64,000 nt of DNA from a virus. Taxonomy: Duplodnaviria > Caudoviricetes. A model generated the notes under the pieces. The model made no database searches. It was not told the DNA's origin and saw nothing but the letters and a program-made list of their open reading frames with translations. The stretch is from the IMG/VR virus record IMGVR_UViG_3300046819_000361; one strand, written 5' to 3'. The position numbers and the translations under genes are program-made. Numbering within the stretch: the first letter of the stretch is position 1; each line of letters begins with the position of its first letter. Below are positions 17,636 to 25,567 of this stretch, piece by piece.

Positions 17636-20600
17636 GCAATTTTTAATACCGGCATTGGAATATACTGCAGATACTTTTTACTATTGCTTGCATTCACTGT
17701 TTTTACATTCGCCACTAGTTTAATGATTTCATCTGATTCGAGATAATTTTTCATTACTAGCGCATTCTCCTCAGAATCTAACTTAAGGCAATTAACACTG
17801 CCACTTAAATGAGTGCCTGGTTCTGCGATTATTAGTTTACCGAGTTTTCCTGTGGATTCAGTTGAATTGAATACAACCCGCCAGAAATTGGATGTGTCAT
17901 CATTAATTCTGTTTATCAGGTCTTCATCGTTAGTGTATCTTATTTTCCCGGTAGTAACAACCATTTTGTACTTCCCATTATCTAATAGTTCAGATTCAAA
18001 TTGATTTCTATCAAGTGACCCTGGTTGGACTCTCATAATCGAACCAATATTATTGGCTGGTACTTCATATGAATGATTATAAAATTTATCATTAACGTCT
18101 GAAACGGTAGTTGATCTATCAAAATAAAATGCACATGGATTAGAGGATATATTTGTGAAGTATTCTTTACATGAATCTATTTCATATAATCCTTTTTCAA
18201 TATACTCTTTTTTGGATTTACTAGAATAGGTTTTCCCACCATATGGCATAATAGATACAACAAAGGTATCTGCGATAGTTAATGCCAATTGTGTGCATTT
18301 TTTTGCAAGATTATCACCTTGGCCTCGGTGTTTATAGCCATCTCTGCTTGTATCATCTGCGTTGAATGGTGGGTTAGTTAGAATTACATTGACCTGTTCT
18401 ATAGTTGGGGCATTGATAAAATCATAGTTAGTGATATTTTTTTCTGGAATATTTAAACTCAACTTTTGATTCATAACACAGAAAAATTCATGCCACTCAC
18501 CATCGATATCATTGTAAAACACTTTGGTTGGATCGATATCTTGCCCAAATTCCTTTGCAATTTTGAATAATTCTAGTAAAAACCCGCCTCTTCCAGCACA
18601 TGGGTCATAAAATGATAGCTCATTTAATGACAGCCCATTAGCAATCAATTTGGAAAGTGTATTAGTTATAACTTCTCTGATTAAATCGTTTGATTCGGCT
18701 ATAAAACTAATTTCTGATCTATGTATTGGATCTTCAAATAATTCTAGAAGTTTTTCACTATCATGTTTGCTATCATTTAATTTCTGAATCCATCTATTGG
18801 TATATGCAATATCAATTTCTGAATTATCTGACATCACAATTGGGAAATACTCAACGCCTTTCCCAACAAATTTCAAGATTTGATGATTATTAGACTGTAA
18901 TGCTTCTTCAACTAAATCTACACATTCTTTTACTGTTTGGGTATTATGGATAAATGCAAAAAGACGACATTTTGCAACAAATTTTAACTTCATATTGTTC
19001 CAATTAAGTTTTCGATCATTAGGTGAATCAAATGGAATTCCTTGTTGAATACATGCAGTTTCTCGTTGCTTATTCTTTGCATCTGGGTTTCCATTATCCA
19101 CTAACTGCTCAACTTGACCCTCCGCTGATACTGCATTATGAAATTTATATTCAAAATCTACAGGTGCATCGGTAATTTTAATACATTGATTAACACCATA
19201 CGCACCTTTTGCACTACACTGTTCAATTATTTCAGCAAAATTTGGAATATCAATAGCCGTCCATTCGCCATTTCTGGCAGTGAAATAATTATAATTCGCG
19301 ATGATTTCATCAATAATATGACGAGTACTTGCATCTTTATCCCGATCAATAGCTAATTTTTCTTCAATATTAACCATGATTGCCATTGATGCTTCCAAAT
19401 CGCCGATGAATACGCCGCAATTGGTCTTGCCATCACTAACTCTGCCAATCCTACCAGTAGCTTGTTCAAAAAATTTGATACTATCACCGAGATTGCGAAG
19501 AAATACGAATGTTCCTAATTCTGGGATATTAGCACCAGTGCAATCTCTGATACATGTCAAGGTTAATGTACTACCTACTGACTCTGCAATATCATTTTTA
19601 CGTTGTCCCAAGTTATCTTCATACGCATCAAAAATGGTACCTTGAAAAACCCCATGGTATATTAAAAGAGATTTTAATGCACTGATATATACTTTAGCAC
19701 TGGCTGATTTACTACCAGTTGGTAATGCTACCATGATATGTTGTTTGGCTTTTTCACATAATTCTGGTGCATTGAAGATACTCAAGCGATCACCATTTTC
19801 ATCAAACGCATTACTCCCAAACATTCTGGTAAATAGCCATAAAATTGTTTTTTCATATTTGAACTTGTTTGATTTCGCACTAAACGTGAATAGTTTTTGC
19901 CAGGTAAAACCTTCATTATCAGATTGCCAATTATCATCAGTTTTAAGACGTGCTGTAATTTCTTTTACATCAATGCCATAAAAATTGAAATCTGGGTAGT
20001 TTATGAAATCACTATTGGGATTTATTCGTTTGTCTTTATACAAATCGTTGCGTGTGAATAAAGAGTATTCGGCACTAGTGAAATGTTCAGCAGCTGTTTT
20101 TCCATAGATAAAATCATAAGGAGTACCAGTAACAAATAATTTGAAACATTCTGGAAATGCACTATTTAATTGTTTCCACATTATATTATTGGAGTTACTT
20201 AACATTTGATGTGCTTCGCCTATACTAAACGTGCCAATGCGTTCAGACAATCCTGAGTACCTAGAATGTAACAAACTACCCGATTTTTTTGCAATATCAT
20301 GATAACTTCCAAATAATACTGGTACTATACCATCGTCATGATAATTCGGAATATCTGATATATTATCAATAATGGTGGCTTTTGCTCGAACCATTTGTCG
20401 GGTTGCATAATTACAGTTATTGATGTAAGAATCATACCATTGTCGTGTTAAATAAATTTTTATTAATGAAAAGTCGATAAATCCGTAATTACCTACATTG
20501 ATGCCTGATACCGATGATAATTCATTGAGTAATTCACTTATAGTGCTAGGAATTGTAGCTACAGCCACATTCACTTTATCATTTGCAAAATTTTTAATCT

Positions 20601-21255
20601 TGTGGATTTGGATTAATAATGCTAACGTTGACGTTTCCTTTCCAGCACCGGTTGCTGCTGCTAACAGATGTTTATCAGTATTAATTATTTTGTCAAAACT
20701 ATCCACTAGATAATCACGTGCAGTGTATGTTTTTAATGTGGGTGTATATAATCCATTTTTGATCATTTCATGCGCTATATCCCACTCAATGACTATATCA
20801 GTTCTCCAATTTGGATTTGAAGTAATATATGATTCTGGTACTGGGTGTAATTCTAAACTACGGCCTGCCATGTCATTGATGTAATACTTTTTCTTAATTG
20901 GCATTAAGTCTCGAATTTCATTATCATAACCTTTTCTGCAATTAATGTCGTCGTCTTGGATATTTGGATCGTAGTTTGGATCAACTGAAATTGCATGTTC
21001 AGTCATATCCCACACACCTAATAAGTTCTTTTCTACAGTTAAACTACCTCTACACTTACCAACCGATTCGTCGAGTGCGTATTTGATAACCTCATCGCGT
21101 GTAAATCCACGGTGATCTCCGTATTTAACGAAGACTTCATCATCTATTTTGATAATTAGTGCATAAGTCCATAATTTTTTTAGACCTGTAGATAATACGT
21201 ATTGTTTAATTTTTGCTTGTTTCATTGCCTCTTCCGTGTGCCTTAATCTTTCCAT
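17632..21255 (-). CDS. SF2 helicase-like + N6-adenine methyltransferase fusion (restriction-modification-like)
   Basis: Walker A ATGAGKET, GEAH, TGTP, QATGRIGR; MTase YDPCAGRGGF and NPPF; C-terminal target-recognition-like region. Confidence 0.75.
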   Translation of the reverse strand: MERLRHTEEAMKQAKIKQYVLSTGLKKLWTYALIIKIDDEVFVKYGDHRGFTRDEVIKYALDESVGKCRGSLTVEKNLLGVWDMTEHAISVDPNYDPNIQDDDINCRKGYDNEIRDLMPIKKKYYINDMAGRSLELHPVPESYITSNPNWRTDIVIEWDIAHEMIKNGLYTPTLKTYTARDYLVDSFDKIINTDKHLLAAATGAGKETSTLALLIQIHKIKNFANDKVNVAVATIPSTISELLNELSSVSGINVGNYGFIDFSLIKIYLTRQWYDSYINNCNYATRQMVRAKATIIDNISDIPNYHDDGIVPVLFGSYHDIAKKSGSLLHSRYSGLSERIGTFSIGEAHQMLSNSNNIMWKQLNSAFPECFKLFVTGTPYDFIYGKTAAEHFTSAEYSLFTRNDLYKDKRINPNSDFINYPDFNFYGIDVKEITARLKTDDNWQSDNEGFTWQKLFTFSAKSNKFKYEKTILWLFTRMFGSNAFDENGDRLSIFNAPELCEKAKQHIMVALPTGSKSASAKVYISALKSLLIYHGVFQGTIFDAYEDNLGQRKNDIAESVGSTLTLTCIRDCTGANIPELGTFVFLRNLGDSIKFFEQATGRIGRVSDGKTNCGVFIGDLEASMAIMVNIEEKLAIDRDKDASTRHIIDEIIANYNYFTARNGEWTAIDIPNFAEIIEQCSAKGAYGVNQCIKITDAPVDFEYKFHNAVSAEGQVEQLVDNGNPDAKNKQRETACIQQGIPFDSPNDRKLNWNNMKLKFVAKCRLFAFIHNTQTVKECVDLVEEALQSNNHQILKFVGKGVEYFPIVMSDNSEIDIAYTNRWIQKLNDSKHDSEKLLELFEDPIHRSEISFIAESNDLIREVITNTLSKLIANGLSLNELSFYDPCAGRGGFLLELFKIAKEFGQDIDPTKVFYNDIDGEWHEFFCVMNQKLSLNIPEKNITNYDFINAPTIEQVNVILTNPPFNADDTSRDGYKHRGQGDNLAKKCTQLALTIADTFVVSIMPYGGKTYSSKSKKEYIEKGLYEIDSCKEYFTNISSNPCAFYFDRSTTVSDVNDKFYNHSYEVPANNIGSIMRVQPGSLDRNQFESELLDNGKYKMVVTTGKIRYTNDEDLINRINDDTSNFWRVVFNSTESTGKLGKLIIAEPGTHLSGSVNCLKLDSEENALVMKNYLESDEIIKLVANVKTVNASNSKKYLQYIPMPVLKIA

Positions 21256-21313
21256 AAATCGGAATCCATTTCCGATGAGCCTATTTTATAACATGAAATT
21301 TATTTTGTCAACT

Positions 21314-21340
21314 AAAAGGGGGAATTAAATTCCCCCTTTT
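21314..21340. terminator. Bidirectional intrinsic terminator
   Basis: AAAAGGGGGAATT-A-AATTCCCCCTTTT inverted repeat. Confidence 0.75.
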
Positions 21341-21341
21341 G

Positions 21342-21572
21342 TTATCTTTTTTTAGGTAATGCTTCTTTTTGAAGTTTTTTCTTTAATCGTGCCTTTGCTG
21401 CGCCTTTAGCCCGTTTGCGTTCAGTAGTTGGTTTCTCGTAATATTCTTTGGCACGTAGGTCTTCTAATTTGCCTGATTCTTCTACTTTCTTTTTAAATTT
21501 GCGAAGAGCCTGGTTGATATTATCGGTTTCCTTTATAATAACGCCTGTTCTAGTCTTCCTGTTGATCATCAT
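21342..21572 (-). CDS. rpsU: Ribosomal protein bS21
   Basis: NINQALRKFKKKVEESG and EYYEKPTTERKR; exact start uncertain (21569-21602). Confidence 0.9.
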   Translation of the reverse strand: MMINRKTRTGVIIKETDNINQALRKFKKKVEESGKLEDLRAKEYYEKPTTERKRAKGAAKARLKKKLQKEALPKKR

Positions 21573-21978
21573 AATCGTCATCTTCTCCTTCATTGATGTC
21601 ATTGTTTAATTCTTCTGCTACCCAATCCAAGTTATAAATCCTATTTTTTGAAATTAAGTTATATGGTGTTAGTTCATCCGATGTAATATAAAAAACATTT
21701 GGTTGTGCTAACAAATACGAAACAAAGGATTTTGTCAATTGATTACAGGTATCAACGTCGATAATTATTACATCAACGATATGTGCTACACTTAATAACC
21801 AATCAATATCTGATTCATCTTGTTCATAAATAAACACATTTAAATCATCAATACTGTTGCTCAGGATAGATTGGAATTGCTGTTTAACGTGCATCGATGG
21901 ACTTACCAACAAGTAGCTTACGTTAATATTGAAAATTTTATCTGGTGGGGTAACTATTGTAATTCTACCTAAATTCAT
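21550..21978 (-). CDS. Hypothetical protein (alpha/beta, acidic tail)
   Basis: 142-aa ORF with RBS. Confidence 0.55.
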   Translation of the reverse strand: MNLGRITIVTPPDKIFNINVSYLLVSPSMHVKQQFQSILSNSIDDLNVFIYEQDESDIDWLLSVAHIVDVIIIDVDTCNQLTKSFVSYLLAQPNVFYITSDELTPYNLISKNRIYNLDWVAEELNNDINEGEDDDYDDQQED

Positions 21979-22050
21979 TTTACCTTCTATAGAAAATTAT
22001 CACTAGAAGTTAATTCTAGTGATGTATTAATTGTATTTATATCGCCAACA

Positions 22051-22509
22051 CTATTTCATTAAACTTAATGAAACTTTTTCGACACCGCCTATATTTAATG
22101 CCACTGCTGCGCCTTTTGAAAGATCCATGATTCTATTTTTAAACCACGGACCCCTATCTGTTATTCTAACAACTACTGATTTATTATTTTTCAGATTGGT
22201 CACCTTTACTTTACTTTGTAATGGATAGGTACGGTGTGCTGCTGTCATTGCATATTGGTTATAAATTTCACCGGATGCCGTAGGTCTGCCATGGAATTTA
22301 CTTCCATAGAAAGATGCTAATCCAATGTTTTTAGAAGGTTTTTTAACCTGAACTTTCTTATTCTTGACTGCTGTCTTTTTCACAGCTTTTTTCACAGAGG
22401 TGTGATTAACTTTTTTAGCAGTAGATTGGTGAGCAATGTGCCCTTTTGCTTCTACTGCAGACGAACATAAACTAATCATTAAGATTAGTGATAAAAGTGA
22501 ATATTTCAT
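22051..22509 (-). CDS. rlpA: RlpA-like lytic transglycosylase (DPBB)
   Basis: ASFYG, TASGE, TAAHRT, RITDRGP, DLSKGAA; start reset to MKYSLL at 22509 (AAGGAG RBS, signal peptide). Confidence 0.88.
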   Translation of the reverse strand: MKYSLLSLILMISLCSSAVEAKGHIAHQSTAKKVNHTSVKKAVKKTAVKNKKVQVKKPSKNIGLASFYGSKFHGRPTASGEIYNQYAMTAAHRTYPLQSKVKVTNLKNNKSVVVRITDRGPWFKNRIMDLSKGAAVALNIGGVEKVSLSLMK

Positions 22510-22563
22510 TTTTTCTCCTTTCACTTGGTGTATCCTACAATAGCGATACATTACATTAAGGGA

Positions 22564-22725
22564 GATAACTGCCAAGGATTTAAACCCTGTGTCACTGGCG
22601 TTTTCTCCATCAGTCATAATATCTGTCACATATTATGCCTTTGGCGAGTATGGCTTCCCGACGTTCGGGTTTCTTATTGGCCAAGACTCGCGGGATTGAT
22701 ACAACTTAAATTCAACCCAACTATC
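22564..22725 (-). ncRNA. Candidate structured cis-regulatory RNA in the rlpA leader
   Basis: 9-bp closing helix enclosing at least 5 internal stems; GC-richer than surrounding intergenic DNA. Confidence 0.5.
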
Positions 22726-22806
22726 TTATTTCGTTAGAAACTTAATTTTGATACTATGTATTTAGCTTTAACTTGCTAGTCATTTTACTATTATTGCATA
22801 CAAATG

Positions 22807-23025
22807 TCAACCCCATGCAATAGTGAACTCATCGATTTTTGTGAGTTGATCTGGTTCAAATTTATCAGAACTGAATTTTAACATGGCAATAAGGGTAGAC
22901 ATTTCCGAATCAGATGTTTCAACGGATTGGATAGATACCCAATTACTATTAAATTTTAAGTATTTGGGCATCTGATCAACCAATTCCACATCAAGTTCGA
23001 ATGGAGTGTTTATTAAGAGTTTCAT
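22807..23025 (-). CDS. Hypothetical protein
   Basis: 72-aa ORF; TAAATA motif upstream. Confidence 0.5.
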   Translation of the reverse strand: MKLLINTPFELDVELVDQMPKYLKFNSNWVSIQSVETSDSEMSTLIAMLKFSSDKFEPDQLTKIDEFTIAWG

Positions 23026-23073
23026 ATGAATTCCATCTATGATAAAGTATTTACCTTATTCATAGATTGAATT

Positions 23074-23445
23074 TTATACTACTTTATGCACGATAAATGC
23101 GGTTTTCACACCGTTAAACTGTAATGTTCTTGGGTCAAACGTTAACTTAAGGACATGGTAGTTTGCTCTTAATCGTTGTTTGATAGAATCAAAGATTTCT
23201 TTGGATGATTTTGATCTGCCAGACAATTGGTCGGCCAGTCGCTTCACATCTTCTTTGTATAACAAGATTGATGAATTGTCATTTACATTTGCATCAAGTT
23301 GTGCAAACAGCTCATTGATTTTTTCAGATCTCTTATCGCTTTCTAACCGGAATTCGTTATCAGTGTATTGAATGCCAGCTGTTTTTCCTTTGTTGAGGTT
23401 GATTGGAGTTACTAATACTACTGGTAATGACGCTATTTTAGCCAT
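23074..23445 (-). CDS. Hypothetical protein
   Basis: Start reset to MAKIASL at 23445 (AGGA RBS; promoter TTGACA-17-TATAGT at 23476-23504). Confidence 0.55.
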   Translation of the reverse strand: MAKIASLPVVLVTPINLNKGKTAGIQYTDNEFRLESDKRSEKINELFAQLDANVNDNSSILLYKEDVKRLADQLSGRSKSSKEIFDSIKQRLRANYHVLKLTFDPRTLQFNGVKTAFIVHKVV

Positions 23446-23500
23446 GGTTTTTCCTGTAAAATAAAAAGAAAGGCTACTATAACCTAAAATTGAATAAATG

Positions 23501-23791
23501 TCAATTAGCGAATACAGTTGGACTACCGGTTTCTGCGTAAGTTGGTTCCCACGTACCATGACCTGTTGTTGCATCTCCTTTTCTATGGACTGGTTTATTA
23601 TTGATGAACACTGATGATGACCCATCTTTTGCAACATCACCGCATGTTAATGTATCACCTACTCTGACTGCTGATTCGTTATTTACAAATACATTAGGGC
23701 TACCAATTGCGTAAAACGTTTTGTGATATGGCGCACCTGGTCCAGAATGACCATGATGATTGTCAACATTTTTTCTTACAATTTCTGGCAT
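23501..23791 (-). CDS. PAAR-repeat spike-tip protein
   Basis: GSPNVFVNNESAVRVGD, CG, GSSSVFINNKPVHRKGD, GSPTVFAN. Confidence 0.9.
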   Translation of the reverse strand: MPEIVRKNVDNHHGHSGPGAPYHKTFYAIGSPNVFVNNESAVRVGDTLTCGDVAKDGSSSVFINNKPVHRKGDATTGHGTWEPTYAETGSPTVFAN

Positions 23792-24294
23792 AATTTATCC
23801 AATTCTGTTTTGTAGTTATCGAAAGAAGTGTTTATCGCTTCTTCTGTTTCGGCGTTTTGAATTTCTAAAGTATATTGATTAGACAAATCTCTAACTGCGT
23901 TGATAAATGTTCGCATTGTTTGGTACTCTGTTGAGTCTTTACCGTAATCTGCTTCGATGTTTAGTTGTCGATAGATTGGGTAAGTTGTGTCAATGTTATG
24001 ATATGCATATTCGTTGATTGATTGTTTTTTTTCAAGTTTAAAATTATTGAATAGATACTCAGAAAAAACCCAAGATTCGTCTTCTAATGAGAAAATAAAA
24101 AACCGATTTGTTTTAAGAGGTAGTTTATAAATATTATCATTTTTATAATAGGAATTGATTAACTTATCAGTATTATCCACTTCTACATCTACAAAAAACC
24201 CAAAATAAGAGTTTTTAGATGTTGTGGGGTAATTTGTTTGATTATAGGAAATTATTATTCCGGTATTTTTGTCTATTTCTATTTGATATTTCAT
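23776..24294 (-). CDS. Tail fibre assembly-like protein
   Basis: YPIYRQLN motif and helical C-terminus; follows tail genes. Confidence 0.5.
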   Translation of the reverse strand: MKYQIEIDKNTGIIISYNQTNYPTTSKNSYFGFFVDVEVDNTDKLINSYYKNDNIYKLPLKTNRFFIFSLEDESWVFSEYLFNNFKLEKKQSINEYAYHNIDTTYPIYRQLNIEADYGKDSTEYQTMRTFINAVRDLSNQYTLEIQNAETEEAINTSFDNYKTELDKLCQKL

Positions 24295-25202
24295 ATTACT
24301 TTTATAAATTGATATGTTCCAGTATTAACAGGTGGTACGTCGCTATCAGATGTATACCCAGATTCATAATACTGTATATAAGGACCTGAGTATGCTGAAT
24401 TTGGTATTCCATTTATATCCAATAAATCGATATATCCAGTGGTCAATGAAGTCCAAACGACTGCATTAGTAAAATGGTGATGTATTGTAGAATTCGTTCT
24501 TTTTTTCCGGCCAAAATACTTTAAATTAGAAGCATCGATAAACATCGATGTGCCAACCGATGAAAAACTAGATAAGTCAAAACTAGCCGCTGCATAATTG
24601 GTGTAAGTGCTTGATATAATTGATACTGTTGTAGGAATTCTCAACGAAGATGTATAACACATTTGTCCATCATTATTATATACATTTAAACCATGACCAG
24701 ATGTTACATCTGGTAAATGATCGACCACTGAGCATATAATAAACTCTATTTGTATGTTTAAATTTTCATAGTACATTGTAGTTGTCAGGTTCGCCCAATC
24801 ACTGTTTATTGTCCTCCTTCCAAGAAGAGCTGAGGGTTTAGGAGTATGTAGTTTTGCTATTAGTAAATAACATTTGTATCCATTAACATACTGGGGAGAG
24901 CTGAGAACATCTAGTGCACCATTCCAACGGACTGGCCAATCTTGTGGGCAATATGCAGTAATAGCAACAGATGGATCTGGTGTTACAGGTCTAATAAATA
25001 ACTGATGTCCAAGTGGGACATTAAGAACAGCAACACCTGATTCTGTCTTGGATGTACCATAAAATCCACCACTAGCACCATATATATAGTTAAATTGGGA
25101 GTTGGTGTTCACTACCCCTCTAGAAACAATTTGATATGTTTTGTAGTTACTGGAAATCTGAATATTATTGAAATCGTTTACTATATTTAATCCATATTCC
25201 AT
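24291..25202 (-). CDS. Tail-tip accessory protein
   Basis: MEYGLNIVND start and internal HGLNVYNNDGQMCYTS repeat. Confidence 0.55.
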   Translation of the reverse strand: MEYGLNIVNDFNNIQISSNYKTYQIVSRGVVNTNSQFNYIYGASGGFYGTSKTESGVAVLNVPLGHQLFIRPVTPDPSVAITAYCPQDWPVRWNGALDVLSSPQYVNGYKCYLLIAKLHTPKPSALLGRRTINSDWANLTTTMYYENLNIQIEFIICSVVDHLPDVTSGHGLNVYNNDGQMCYTSSLRIPTTVSIISSTYTNYAAASFDLSSFSSVGTSMFIDASNLKYFGRKKRTNSTIHHHFTNAVVWTSLTTGYIDLLDINGIPNSAYSGPYIQYYESGYTSDSDVPPVNTGTYQFIKVI

Positions 25203-25203
25203 A

Positions 25204-25566
25204 TCAATACCTACAGATGTAGAATGTTGGGTCTGCCCCGATGTTATATATATACTCTATATATGTATATAGCGAATAATCATATGTATATGGTATTGTC
25301 CATAATACTGCGGTTATATAACCATTATAAATTTTATATTTAATATTTCCATTTGTATTACATATATGGAAGGTTCCATCTGCTAATATATAATCAATTG
25401 GGATAGTCAGTGTAAGAGGTGGTGGGTATGTATAAGGAGCAACTGAAAATGGTTGTGTACTTACATACGAACTTATACTATACACACCATAAAGATTTGC
25501 GTGCCTGCTACTAAAATCAATCTCCACATTCCCACTACTATCAAAAACCTGTAATCCGTATGCCAC
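25204..25566 (-). CDS. Tail-tip accessory protein
   Basis: MAYGLQVFDSSG start, as in genes downstream of J-like fibres. Confidence 0.55.
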   Translation of the reverse strand: MAYGLQVFDSSGNVEIDFSSRHANLYGVYSISSYVSTQPFSVAPYTYPPPLTLTIPIDYILADGTFHICNTNGNIKYKIYNGYITAVLWTIPYTYDYSLYTYIEYIYNIGADPTFYICRY

Positions 25567-25567
25567 A

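Noticed and set aside
22595-22615. Hammerhead ribozyme core (CUGAUG...GAAA) in the rlpA leader
   Set aside because: Reads CUGAUGGA, with no stem II between it and GAAA
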